Origin: Burkholderiales bacterium
Lineage (GTDB): Bacteria; Pseudomonadota; Gammaproteobacteria; Burkholderiales; SG8-39
Assembly: GCA_035517595.1 (NCBI GenBank)
Contig: DATIYN010000011.1
Location: 1-47,515, forward strand
DNA length: 47,515 bases
Reading direction: 5' to 3'
Each line of letters opens with the position of its first letter. Position 1 is the first letter of the stretch. The translations under genes were made by a program, and so were the position numbers. Of this stretch, positions 13,631-26,534 are shown piece after piece. Under the pieces are notes generated by a model. That model made no database searches, was not told the DNA's origin, and worked only from the letters and a program-made list of their open reading frames with translations.

Positions 13631-14725
13631 TCAGTTCAGTCGTTGGTAAAGGCCACCCGGCAGCGCGGCGACGCGGCCGGCAAGCTCGAGCCGCAGCAGG
13701 TCGGTCGATACGCGCTCGGCGGGCAGGCCCGCGCGCGCGCACAGTGAATCCACGTCGACCGGGTCGAAGCCCATGCATTCGAGCAACGGCTCGTCGGCGG
13801 CTCCGGCGCGCGCCGGCGAGGGCGCGCGCGTGGATGCGAAGCCCGTGCGCCGGAAGCTGCCCAGCTCCGAAAGCACGTCCTCGGCAGATTCGGCGAGCTT
13901 GGCGCCCTGCTTGATGAGCGCGTGGCAGCCCTTGGAGAGCGGCGAATGGATCGAGCCGGGAATCGCGAACACCTCGCGCCCCTGCTCGGCGGCGCTGCGT
14001 GCCGTGATGAGCGAGCCCGAGCCGAGCGCGGCCTCGATCACCAGGCAGCCCTGCGCGAGACCGCTGATCAGGCGATTGCGGCGCGGAAAATTGTGCGCGA
14101 GCGCCTGCATGCCGAGCGGAAACTCGGAGACCAGCAGGCCGCGCGCGGCGATGTCCTCGGCGAGGGCCGCGTTCGCCTTCGGATAGGCCTGGTCTACGCC
14201 GGTGCCGAGCACCCCGATGGTCGAGGCGTTGGCGGCCAGCCCGCCGCGATGCGCGGCCGCGTCGATTCCCTGCGCAAGTCCCGAGACGATGGTGAGACCG
14301 GCGGCACTCAACGCGCGCGAGAACTGCTCGGCGTTGCTCGCGCCCTGCGCGGTGGCGTTGCGGCTGCCGACCACCGCCAGTGCGGGCCGGTTCAGCAGCT
14401 CGGCGCGGCCGCGGCAGTAAAGCAGCGCCGGTGGATCGGCGATCTCGAGAAGCAGTCGCGGGTAGGAGGCGTCGGCGAGCGTGACGATCGAATGTCCGGG
14501 CTGCGCGACCCAAGCAAGCGCGCCCTCGACCGCGTCAGAGACCGCTGCTGAATCGAGCGCCTGCAGCGCTTCGGCGCCTGCGTGCCTCAAGAGTTCGGCG
14601 CGCCCGGCGGCGAGCACTTGCTCGGGAAGACCGAACTTCTGCAGCAGGCCGCGGAGAGTCGCGGCACCGAGGCCCGGCGTGAGGGTCAGTTGAAGCCAGC
14701 CCGCCAGCCCCGGTTCCGGCGTCAT
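13631..14725 (-). CDS. dprA: DNA processing / protecting protein DprA (Smf)
   Basis: 364-aa ORF. Motifs include LAVVGSRNATAQG, SGLAQGIDAAAHRG and VLGTGVDQAYP. It sits in the dprA-smg neighbourhood, divergent from def-fmt. Confidence 0.92.
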   Translation of the reverse strand: MTPEPGLAGWLQLTLTPGLGAATLRGLLQKFGLPEQVLAAGRAELLRHAGAEALQALDSAAVSDAVEGALAWVAQPGHSIVTLADASYPRLLLEIADPPALLYCRGRAELLNRPALAVVGSRNATAQGASNAEQFSRALSAAGLTIVSGLAQGIDAAAHRGGLAANASTIGVLGTGVDQAYPKANAALAEDIAARGLLVSEFPLGMQALAHNFPRRNRLISGLAQGCLVIEAALGSGSLITARSAAEQGREVFAIPGSIHSPLSKGCHALIKQGAKLAESAEDVLSELGSFRRTGFASTRAPSPARAGAADEPLLECMGFDPVDVDSLCARAGLPAERVSTDLLRLELAGRVAALPGGLYQRLN

Positions 14726-14773
14726 TCCGGCGGTGCGCTCCGCTGCGAGGCGCCGCCGGCGTTCGCTCCGCGC

Positions 14774-15826
14774 CTAAGGATTCTGGACAAGATCCAGCGT
14801 GTTGACCGGCTTCGAGACGTTCATCACCAGCGCGTAGGATACGCGGTCGAAGACGCGGAACACAAACGCCAGGCCGTAGCGGTCGTTCGGCAGCGTGAGC
14901 GTGCCCGGGGTGCTGCCGCGCTCGGCCACCAGCCCTCCTGGGCGGTAAAGCGCGACCACGTGCCCGACTTCGAGGCCCTGCGCCTTGCCTTGGTTTATCG
15001 AAATGACAGCCCCGGTGGCCGCTTCCCCGAGCTTTGTGCCGCCGCCATAGACAGATATGACGCGTCCTTGCACGGGCGAGCTGGGTGCATGCGGCGCGTA
15101 GGTCGGTACCTCCGGCTTGCCCGCAGCAACCAGCTTGTCGCCGAGCTGGATCTCCTGCGTGACCGAAGTGAGCTGGATCACCGCCGGCTCGCCGGCGCGC
15201 ACCACGCGAGCCGTGCCGAGGTAGATCGCCTCGTAACCGATGGTCGAATTGGTGCCCGGGTCAATGAGCGCCGGCCCCCGGCGATACACGAACCAGGCGG
15301 CGCCCTCCTTGGCCTCGCCCATGCCACGCACGAAGGCTCGGTTGCCCGCCTCCAGAACCACCCGCGAATCCTCCGTGGCGACGATGGTCGGCGCATGGTC
15401 GAAGCCGTCGGGCTCGATCACCAGCGGCCGTACGAGGAACGGTTCGATGACCGAGGGCGGGATGCTTGGAATCACGGCGCGCGCCGTGGACTCGGCGCGC
15501 ACGTGCGGGCTGAGCTTGACGGTGTCGGCCAGGGCGAGCCGGCCCCGGGCGCGGTCCAGCACGATGACGTTGCCGGGATAGATGCGGTGCGGATTCTTGA
15601 TCTGTTCCTTGTTCAGGTTCCACAGCTCCGGCCAGCGCCAGGGCGAGTCGGTAAACCGCTGCGCGATCGACCAGAGTGTGTCTCCCGGGACCACGGTATA
15701 GCTGTCCGGGGCATCGGGCTTGAGCACGAGGGGCGATTTGGGAGCCTGCGCCAGCGCCCCGCCCGCGAGGGCCGAAGAGAGGACAAAAACCAGCGTTGTG
15801 ATAGACTTACGCCATTGTTGGTGCAT
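14774..15826 (-). CDS. Secreted LysM peptidoglycan-binding domain protein
   Basis: I take the start at the internal MHQQWRKSITTLVFVLSSALAGGALAQAP, which is signal-peptide-like. The LysM motif is YTVVPGDTLWSIAQRF. The track ORF extends 36 codons further upstream. Confidence 0.8.
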   Translation of the reverse strand: MHQQWRKSITTLVFVLSSALAGGALAQAPKSPLVLKPDAPDSYTVVPGDTLWSIAQRFTDSPWRWPELWNLNKEQIKNPHRIYPGNVIVLDRARGRLALADTVKLSPHVRAESTARAVIPSIPPSVIEPFLVRPLVIEPDGFDHAPTIVATEDSRVVLEAGNRAFVRGMGEAKEGAAWFVYRRGPALIDPGTNSTIGYEAIYLGTARVVRAGEPAVIQLTSVTQEIQLGDKLVAAGKPEVPTYAPHAPSSPVQGRVISVYGGGTKLGEAATGAVISINQGKAQGLEVGHVVALYRPGGLVAERGSTPGTLTLPNDRYGLAFVFRVFDRVSYALVMNVSKPVNTLDLVQNP

Positions 15827-15969
15827 AAAGCCCCCGATCGGTGGCTGACGTCCCGGGCTGGTTGAGTTTGCGCGTTGCGGTCCCAACTGTAGCATAAAGC
15901 CCCGACTGTTTAACCATAGCCTGAGATACTGCACGTAATAGATTCAATTTGCAAGCAAATCACTGATTC

Positions 15970-16473
15970 ATGGCCCTTCTAAACATCCTTCGCTACCCGG
16001 ATGCGCGTCTGCACAAAACGGCTGCGCCGGTGACGGTTTTCGACGAGTCGCTTAAACAGCTGGTCGCCGACATGGCCGAGACGATGTACGCCGCGCCCGG
16101 AATCGGCCTGGCTTCGACGCAGGTCGACGTGCACAAGCAAGTCATCGTGATCGATGTCTCCGAGCGCCGCGATTCGCTGGTGGTGCTGATCAACCCCGAG
16201 ATTCTGGACGCGAGCGGCGTCTCCGACATCGAGGAAGGCTGCCTGTCGGTGCCCGGAATCTACGAGACGCTGGAACGCGCCGAGCGCGTGAAAGTGCGCG
16301 CCTGCGACGCCAACGGCTACGCGTTCACGCTCGAGGCGCAGGGGCTGCTCGCGGTCTGTATCCAGCACGAGATGGATCACCTGAAGGGCAAGGTTTTCGT
16401 CGAGAGCCTGTCGCAGCTCAAGCAGCAGCGCATCCGCGCTCGGTTGGCGAAGCAGCTTCGCAAGAGCGCCTGA
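15970..16473 (+). CDS. def: Peptide deformylase
   Basis: 167-aa ORF with all three deformylase motifs: [17 protein letters not shown] and HEMDHL. Confidence 0.95.
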   Translation: MALLNILRYPDARLHKTAAPVTVFDESLKQLVADMAETMYAAPGIGLASTQVDVHKQVIVIDVSERRDSLVVLINPEILDASGVSDIEEGCLSVPGIYETLERAERVKVRACDANGYAFTLEAQGLLAVCIQHEMDHLKGKVFVESLSQLKQQRIRARLAKQLRKSA

Positions 16474-16480
16474 TCCCTTC

Positions 16481-17413
16481 CTGCGTCTAGTCTTCGCAGG
16501 CACTCCGGAATTCGCAGCGCGCGCGCTGTCGGCGCTGCTCGACGCCGCGCACGAGGTCGCGCTCGTGCTCACGCAGCCGGATCGCCCCGCCGGCCGCGGC
16601 CTGCGCCCGGCGCCGAGCGCGGTCAAGCAGCTCGCGCTCGCGCACGGACTCGAGGTGTTCCAACCGCCGTCGCTGAAATCGGACGACGCGCTCGCTCGGC
16701 TGGAGGCTGCGCGCTCGGATCTCATGGTGGTCGCGGCCTATGGCCTGCTGCTGCCTGCGCGTGCGCTCGCCGCGGCGAGGCTGGGGGCGCTGAACATCCA
16801 CGCGTCGCTGCTGCCGCGCTGGCGCGGCGCCGCGCCGATCCAGCGCGCGTTGCTCGCCGGCGACCGCGAAACCGGCATCACGATCATGCAGATGGACGCA
16901 GGGCTGGATACCGGGCCGGTACTGGCGCAGCACCGGCTCGCCATCGCGCCCGACGACGACGCCGGCAGCCTGCACGACAAGCTCGCCGCGCAGGGCGCCG
17001 AGGCGATCGTGGCTGCGGTTGCTGCGCTTGAAGCCGGGCGCCTGCAGCCTGCACCGCAGCCGGAAGACGGGGCGACCTACGCGCAGAAGCTTTCCGCACA
17101 AGACGCGGAAATCGACTGGCGCCGGCCTTGCGTGGAGATCGAGCGTCGGTTGCGCGCGCTGCGGCCATCGCCGGGAGCGCGCACGGTGCTGCGCGGCGAA
17201 GCGCTGAAGGTCTGGCGAGGACGCTGTGAACGCGCGCATGGCGAACCCGGGGCGGTGCTCTCCGCAGACGAGGCCGGCCTGCTGGTCGCCTGCGGCGAAG
17301 GCGCACTGCGCGTGAGTGAATTGCAACGCGCCGGCAGCCGGCGCCTCGGCGCCGCCGATTTCCTGCGCGGCTGCCCGATCGAATCAGGCGAGCGCCTTGG
17401 CCCCGCTCGCTGA
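16481..17413 (+). CDS. fmt: Methionyl-tRNA formyltransferase, apparently starting at a non-canonical codon
   Basis: The track ORF starts at the GTG at 16565 (MLTQPDRPAGRG). The same frame upstream encodes the conserved Fmt N-terminus (L)RLVFAGTPEFAARALSALLDAAHEVALVLTQPDRPAGRG. The frame is closed by a TGA at 16382, and no ATG, GTG or TTG lies between that stop and 16565. A CTG at 16481 is the best candidate start. Confidence 0.9.
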   Translation: MRLVFAGTPEFAARALSALLDAAHEVALVLTQPDRPAGRGLRPAPSAVKQLALAHGLEVFQPPSLKSDDALARLEAARSDLMVVAAYGLLLPARALAAARLGALNIHASLLPRWRGAAPIQRALLAGDRETGITIMQMDAGLDTGPVLAQHRLAIAPDDDAGSLHDKLAAQGAEAIVAAVAALEAGRLQPAPQPEDGATYAQKLSAQDAEIDWRRPCVEIERRLRALRPSPGARTVLRGEALKVWRGRCERAHGEPGAVLSADEAGLLVACGEGALRVSELQRAGSRRLGAADFLRGCPIESGERLGPAR

Positions 17414-18689
17414 AGCGCTTGCCGCGGCGGCGGCCCTCGTCTCACGGGTCGCCGCGGGCCGAAGCCTGCGGGGGGAGATGGAGCGGGTGTCCGACGATCC
17501 GCCGGGCATCGCTCGCGCGACGCAGCAGGATTCGCGCGCGGCGCTGACGGACCTGTGCTACGGCACGCTGCGCCGCTACGGGCGCTCACAGGCGATCGTC
17601 GCCGCACTGTCGCGCCGGCTGGGCGCCGCCGACCCGCTGGTCGAAGCGTTGCTGTGGTGCGCGCTCTACGCGCTCGAGTCCGGCCGCTATGCCCAGTACA
17701 CCGTTGTCGATCAGGCAGCGCGTGCCTGCAATCTCCTCCAGCGTCAGGGCGCGCGGGGATACGTAAACGCGCTGCTGCGCAATTTCCTGCGCTCGCGCGC
17801 GAGCATCGATTCGCGCCTGGGCGCTGATCCCGCGGCGCGCTACTGGCATCCCGCCTGGTGGGTCGAGCGAGTGCGCACCGCCTATCCGGCGGATTGGGAG
17901 CGCGTGCTCGCCGCGGGCAACTCGCATCCGCCGATGTGCCTGCGGGTCAATGTGCGCAGAACGAGCGTCGAAGCCTACGCCGCGCGCCTGGCCGATGCAG
18001 GTGCCGTGGCGCGCCGCGTCGGCGCATCCGCGCTGCTGCTCGAGCGCCCATTGCCGGTCGAGCGCCTGCCCGGATTCGCGGCGGGCGAGGTTTCCGTGCA
18101 GGACGCCGGCGCCCAGCGCACGGCGGGCCTGCTCGAACTGGGGGCCGGACAGCGCGTGCTCGACGCTTGCGCGGCGCCCGGCGGCAAGAGCGCGCATTTG
18201 CTCGAGACCGCCGATATCGCGCTGACGGCGCTCGACGCTGACGCTGCGCGCTGCGACGATGTAAGGCGCAACCTCGCGCGGCTCGGCCTCGCGGCCGAGG
18301 TGCGTGCCGCCGATTGCGGATTGCTCGAGTCCTGGTGGGACGGCACCGCCTTCGAGCGCATCCTCGCCGACGTGCCCTGCAGCGCGTCGGGCGTGGCGCG
18401 GCGTCATCCGGACATCAAGTGGCTGCGGCGGTCCGGCGACGCGGCGGCGTTCGCCGGGCGACAGGCGCGCATCCTCGACGCGCTTTGGCGGGTGCTCGCC
18501 CCGGGTGGTAAATTGCTGTATGTCACCTGTTCGGTGTTCCCGGAGGAGAACGACGCGGTGATCGACGCCTTTGCCGCGCGCACGCCGGGGGCGCGTCGTG
18601 CATCCCTTGACGACGGCGGCCCGGCGCTGTCGCTGCCGGGCCCCGAGCACGACGGATTCTTCTTTTCCCTGCTCGAGAAGCCGGCCTGA
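17397..18689 (+). CDS. rsmB: 16S rRNA (cytosine967-C5)-methyltransferase RsmB (Sun)
   Basis: It has an N-terminal NusB-like domain and a SAM methyltransferase core (VLDACAAPGGKSAHL, DVPCSASGVARRHPDIKW, LLYVTCSVFPEEN). The track ORF starts at 17316, inside fmt. I prefer the TTG at 17397, but the start is uncertain. Confidence 0.88.
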   Translation: MAPLAEALAAAAALVSRVAAGRSLRGEMERVSDDPPGIARATQQDSRAALTDLCYGTLRRYGRSQAIVAALSRRLGAADPLVEALLWCALYALESGRYAQYTVVDQAARACNLLQRQGARGYVNALLRNFLRSRASIDSRLGADPAARYWHPAWWVERVRTAYPADWERVLAAGNSHPPMCLRVNVRRTSVEAYAARLADAGAVARRVGASALLLERPLPVERLPGFAAGEVSVQDAGAQRTAGLLELGAGQRVLDACAAPGGKSAHLLETADIALTALDADAARCDDVRRNLARLGLAAEVRAADCGLLESWWDGTAFERILADVPCSASGVARRHPDIKWLRRSGDAAAFAGRQARILDALWRVLAPGGKLLYVTCSVFPEENDAVIDAFAARTPGARRASLDDGGPALSLPGPEHDGFFFSLLEKPA

Positions 18690-18711
18690 GCGCACCGCGA
18701 GGCAAGGCGCC

Positions 18712-19347
18712 ATGCGAGGCATCGCCGTCCTGAGGAATCTGTGCGCCTTGCTCGTGCTGGGCGCCGGCCTGCTGTCGGCCCCGGCGGCTCGCGCCGGCGA
18801 GATCGAAGTGACCGACGCGCGCCTGGGCCAGACGGAGGACGGCATCGCGCTTGCGGCGGATTTTGCGTTCGACCTCAGCCCGCGCCTCGCCGAGGTCGTG
18901 ACCAACGGCGTGCCGCTGTATTTCGTCGTCGAATTCGAGCTCACGCGGCCGCGCTGGTACTGGTTCGACGAGAAGGCGGCCGCCAAGCGAATTCAGCTGC
19001 GGCTCTCCTACCACGCGCTGTCGCGACAGTATCGCCTGTCCACAGGCGTGCTGCAGCAGAACTATGCCTCGCTCGAGGAGGCGCTCAACGTGCTGCGCCG
19101 CGTGCGCAACTGGCTGGTGGTCGAGCGCTCGATGAACCTTGCCGACGCCGACTATCAGGCCGCCGTGCGCATGCGGCTGGATGTCTCGCTGCTGCCCCGG
19201 CCGTTTCAGCTGAGCGCCATCACCAACCGCGAGCTCAATCTGGAGTCGGCCTGGAAGCGCTTCAGCTTTCGCCCATCCGCGGCAGGCGCGGCACCTGCCG
19301 CGCCTGCGCCCGAGCCGCGTGAGCCGAGGGAGGCGGACGCGAAATGA
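18712..19347 (+). CDS. DUF4390-like secreted protein, as typically found upstream of ntrY in betaproteobacteria
   Basis: I take the start at the internal MRGIAVLRNLCALLVLGAGLLSAPAARA, which is signal-peptide-like. Downstream it reads ...VPLYFVVEFELTRPRWYWFDEK.... Its stop overlaps the ntrY ATG (ATGA). Confidence 0.7.
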   Translation: MRGIAVLRNLCALLVLGAGLLSAPAARAGEIEVTDARLGQTEDGIALAADFAFDLSPRLAEVVTNGVPLYFVVEFELTRPRWYWFDEKAAAKRIQLRLSYHALSRQYRLSTGVLQQNYASLEEALNVLRRVRNWLVVERSMNLADADYQAAVRMRLDVSLLPRPFQLSAITNRELNLESAWKRFSFRPSAAGAAPAAPAPEPREPREADAK

Positions 19348-21431
19348 GGCTGCTCGTCATCCTCGGCGCGGCGCTCGCCGGCGTGCTGCTCTACCTGCTC
19401 GCCACGGCGAGCGGCAATACCACGCAGTTCGCGGAGCACTACCCGCTGCTGCTGGGACTCAACGCGGCGCTCGCGGCGCTGCTCGCTGCGCTCGTCGCCT
19501 GGCAGATCCGCGGCCTGTGGCACAAGTACCGCGCGCGCACGTTCGGCTCGCGACTCACCGTGCGCCTGCTCGTCCTGCTCGCGGTGATGGCGGTCGTGCC
19601 CGGCGCGCTGGTTTATACGGTCTCGGTGCAGTTCCTGTCCCGCAGCATCGAGTCCTGGTTCAACGTCAAGGTCGACGCGGCGCTGGAGGGCGGCATCAAT
19701 CTCGGCCAGTCGGCCATCGACCAGATGCTCGTCGAGCTCCAAGCCAAGGCGCGCTCGATTGCCGCCGAGCTCGCCGACCGGCCGGCCGCCCAGCAGGTCG
19801 GGGTGCTCGGACGCCTGCGCGATCAGGCCGGCGTGCAGGAGGCCGTCGTCGTCAACGCGGCCGGCCGCGTGCTCGCGAGCTCGAGCGAAGACGTGACTCG
19901 CCTCGTGCCGGAGCTGCCGGCGCTTCAGGTGCTGCGCCAGGCGCGTGCGGTGCGCGCCTATGCCGCGGTCGACGCGGTCGCCGGAAAGCCGCTCGCGCTG
20001 CGCGTGGTGGTGCCCATCGCGACGCTCGCGCTGGCCGACGAGCCGCGCTACCTGCAGCTGCGCCAGACGGTGCCCGATCAGTTCGGCAGGAGCGCCGAGG
20101 CGGTGGAGGCTGCCTACCGCGACTACCGCGAGCTCGCGCTCGCGCGCCAGGGGCTGAAGAACATCTACATCGTGACGCTCACGCTCGCATTGTCGATGGC
20201 CCTGCTCGTGGCCATCGCGCTCGCGGTGTTGCTCGCCAATCGCCTTTCCGAGCCGCTCGGCAATCTCGCGCAGGCGACCCAGGCGGTGGCGCGGGGCGAC
20301 TTCAGCCGCCAGGCGCCGGTCACGAGCGGCGACGAGTTCGGCGTTCTCACGCAGTCGTTCAACTCGATGACGCGCCAGCTGGACGAGGCGCGCCGCGTGG
20401 TGGAGGCGAACCGGATGGCGCTGGAAAGCGCCAAGGCGCGCCTGGAGAACATCCTCGCCAATCTTTCCGCCGGCGTGCTGGTGTTCGACCGGGCACTGGA
20501 GCTCACGATCTGCAACCACGGCGCGCGCGCGATTCTCGGCGCGGAGCTCGACGGGTTCGCGAACGAGATGCGCGCGCAGTTCCGCGCTCACGGCGACCAG
20601 GCCTGGCAGCAGCAGACCGAGCTCAAGGGCACCGGCAAGACGCTGCTGCTGCGCGGCACCGCCCTCGCGCAGGATCCCGAGGGCGGCCACGTGCTGGTGT
20701 TCGACGACATTACCCAGCTCATCCAGGCGCAGCGCGCAACTGCCTGGGCCGAGGTCGCGCGGCGCCTCGCGCACGAAATCAAGAATCCGCTCACGCCGAT
20801 CCAGCTCTCGGCGGAGCGCATGGAAATGAAGCTCGCGGGAAAGCTCGGCGGCGAGGACGCGGACGCGCTCGCGCGCGGCACGCGCACCATCGTCAACCAG
20901 GTGGCGGCGCTGAAGAACATGGTGGACGATTTCCGCGACTATGCGCGCCTGCCGGCGCCGGTGTTCGCCGCGCTGGACCTCAACGCGCTCGTTCAGGAAG
21001 TGCTCGCGCTCTACGACGCCTCGAACGCGCCGATCGCCAGAAGACTCTCGCCCGGCCTGCCCCAGGTGCGCGCCGACTCGGCGCAGATCCGCCAGGTGCT
21101 CCACAATCTGGTGCAGAACGCGCAGGACGCGCTCGAGCATCGCAAGAACTCCGATGAGCAACCGATGATCGAAGTCTCAACCGACTTGGCGGGCGACCGC
21201 GTGCGGCTGTCGGTCACCGACAACGGCGGCGGATTTCCGGAGGAGATGATGGCGCGAATCTTCGAGCCCTACGTGACCACCAAGCCGCGCGGCACCGGCC
21301 TGGGGCTCGCGATCGTGAAGAAGATCGTCGACGAGCACCGCGGCGAGCTGTCGATCCAGAACCGCGCGGCGAAGGGCGCCTCGGTGACCATCCTGCTGCC
21401 CGCATCGGAAACCTCGGCGAAAGCGGCCTAG
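19344..21431 (+). CDS. ntrY: NtrY-like sensor histidine kinase (TM, HAMP, PAS, HisKA, HATPase)
   Basis: 695-aa ORF with N-terminal TM helices and a HAMP region. The H-box is HEIKNPLTPIQLSAERM, the N-box is QVLHNLVQNA, and the G-boxes are DNGGGF and GTGLGLAIV. Confidence 0.8.
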   Translation: MRLLVILGAALAGVLLYLLATASGNTTQFAEHYPLLLGLNAALAALLAALVAWQIRGLWHKYRARTFGSRLTVRLLVLLAVMAVVPGALVYTVSVQFLSRSIESWFNVKVDAALEGGINLGQSAIDQMLVELQAKARSIAAELADRPAAQQVGVLGRLRDQAGVQEAVVVNAAGRVLASSSEDVTRLVPELPALQVLRQARAVRAYAAVDAVAGKPLALRVVVPIATLALADEPRYLQLRQTVPDQFGRSAEAVEAAYRDYRELALARQGLKNIYIVTLTLALSMALLVAIALAVLLANRLSEPLGNLAQATQAVARGDFSRQAPVTSGDEFGVLTQSFNSMTRQLDEARRVVEANRMALESAKARLENILANLSAGVLVFDRALELTICNHGARAILGAELDGFANEMRAQFRAHGDQAWQQQTELKGTGKTLLLRGTALAQDPEGGHVLVFDDITQLIQAQRATAWAEVARRLAHEIKNPLTPIQLSAERMEMKLAGKLGGEDADALARGTRTIVNQVAALKNMVDDFRDYARLPAPVFAALDLNALVQEVLALYDASNAPIARRLSPGLPQVRADSAQIRQVLHNLVQNAQDALEHRKNSDEQPMIEVSTDLAGDRVRLSVTDNGGGFPEEMMARIFEPYVTTKPRGTGLGLAIVKKIVDEHRGELSIQNRAAKGASVTILLPASETSAKAA

Positions 21432-21434
21432 CGC

Positions 21435-22682
21435 ATGGCGCAGATCCTGGTCGTAGACGACGAAGTCGGCATCCGCGAGCTGCTCTCGGAGATCCTCGCC
21501 GACGAAGGCCACCAGGTGCTGCTCGCCGAGAGCGCAGGCGACGCGCGGCGCCTGCGCGAGCGGCACCGTCCGGACCTGGTGCTGCTGGATATCTGGATGC
21601 CGGACACCGACGGCATCTCCCTGCTCAAGGAGTGGGCCGCGAGCGGCCAGCTCGGCATGCCGGTGGTGATGATGTCCGGCCACGGCACCATCGAGACCGC
21701 CGTCGAGGCGACGCGCATCGGCGCACTCGACTACCTCGAGAAGCCGATCGCGCTGCAGCGCCTGCTCGCGACCGTAAAGCGCGCGCTGCGCAACCACGAG
21801 GCGGCCGCGCCGCGCGAGCTCTCGCTCGCCTCGCTCGGGCGCTCGCCCGTGCTCGCTGAGACACGCAAGCGCCTCGCGCAGCTCGCGCAGTCGGGCGCGC
21901 CGCTGATGCTGCGCGGCGAACGCGGCATGCGGCCCGAGCTGTTTGCGCGCCTGCTCGCGGCGGCCGGGGCGCCGTTCATCGAGGGCCCCGAGCTGCTCGC
22001 GGAGCCCTCTTCGGATACGCTCGCGCGCGCCGGCGGCGGCGTGCTCTTCGTCGGCGATTTGGGAGGATTGGAACGCGCGCAGCAGAAAAGCCTCGAATTC
22101 CTGCTCGCGCGGGCCGACAAGCACAAGGCGCGCGTGGTTTCGTTCACGACGCTGGACGCGCGCACGCTCGCCGAGAAGAACGAGTTCGACCCGGGCACGC
22201 TCGCGCGCCTGTCGGAGCTCGTGGTCAAGCTCCCCGCGCTGCGCGAGTTCGCCGAGGACGTGCCCGACCTCGCGGCGCTCATGCTCGCGCAGCTGGTGGA
22301 GGCGCGCGCCTGCCCCCCTCGGCGTTTCTCGGTGGCCGCGCTCAACGCGTTGCGGCACCACGGCTGGCCGGAGAATCTCGCCGAGCTCGAGAGCGTCGTG
22401 AAGAACCTTGCGCTCGGCGCGCTCGAGGAGGACGTCACGCTCGAGGACGTGGAGCGCGTGCTCGCGGCGCACGCGGGCGCCTCGCCGCCGCCGGAGATCG
22501 CGCTCGACCGACCCTATCGCGAGGCGCGCGAGGCCTTCGAGCGGCTGTACTTCGAGAACCTGCTCGCGCGCGAGAACGGCAGCATGTCCAAGGTCGCCGA
22601 GCGCTCGGGCCTGGAGCGCACGCACCTGTACCGCAAGCTCAAGGCGCTCGGCCTGCCGGTCGGCCGCCGCGAGGAGACGTAG
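21435..22682 (+). CDS. ntrX: NtrX-like response regulator (REC, degenerate AAA+ domain, C-terminal HTH)
   Basis: 415-aa ORF. The REC domain reads ILVVDDEVGIRELL...DLVLLDIWMPDTDG. The central domain aligns to sigma-54 activators but has degraded Walker motifs. The C-terminus has a Fis-type HTH (MSKVAERSGLERTHLYRKLKALG). Confidence 0.78.
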   Translation: MAQILVVDDEVGIRELLSEILADEGHQVLLAESAGDARRLRERHRPDLVLLDIWMPDTDGISLLKEWAASGQLGMPVVMMSGHGTIETAVEATRIGALDYLEKPIALQRLLATVKRALRNHEAAAPRELSLASLGRSPVLAETRKRLAQLAQSGAPLMLRGERGMRPELFARLLAAAGAPFIEGPELLAEPSSDTLARAGGGVLFVGDLGGLERAQQKSLEFLLARADKHKARVVSFTTLDARTLAEKNEFDPGTLARLSELVVKLPALREFAEDVPDLAALMLAQLVEARACPPRRFSVAALNALRHHGWPENLAELESVVKNLALGALEEDVTLEDVERVLAAHAGASPPPEIALDRPYREAREAFERLYFENLLARENGSMSKVAERSGLERTHLYRKLKALGLPVGRREET

Positions 22683-22686
22683 GAAA

Positions 22687-22704
22687 CGGCAGCCGGGGCT
22701 GCCG
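22687..22704. terminator. GC-rich hairpin between the convergent ntrX and bTHX genes; possible bidirectional terminator
   Basis: CGGCAGCC-GG-GGCTGCCG read directly. The flanking T-tracts are weak (CTTT on plus, TTTCC on minus). Confidence 0.3.
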
Positions 22705-22715
22705 CTTTGAGGCAG

Positions 22716-22808
22716 CTACTTCTTTTTCTTGGCGCGGTGCGGACGGGACTTCCCGTAGCTGCCGCGGTAGATCTTGCCGCGCTTGGTGCGGCGGTCGCCT
22801 TTGCCCAT
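22716..22808 (-). CDS. 30S ribosomal protein bTHX
   Basis: Too short for the ORF track. My translation gives [30 protein letters not shown] followed by a stop. This matches the Thx signature MGKGDRRT+RGK. The ATG lies 9 nt after the metH stop, preceded by AGGAAAG. Confidence 0.85.
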   Translation of the reverse strand: MGKGDRRTKRGKIYRGSYGKSRPHRAKKKK

Positions 22809-22817
22809 GGTGCTTTC

Positions 22818-26534
<3,717 letters not shown>

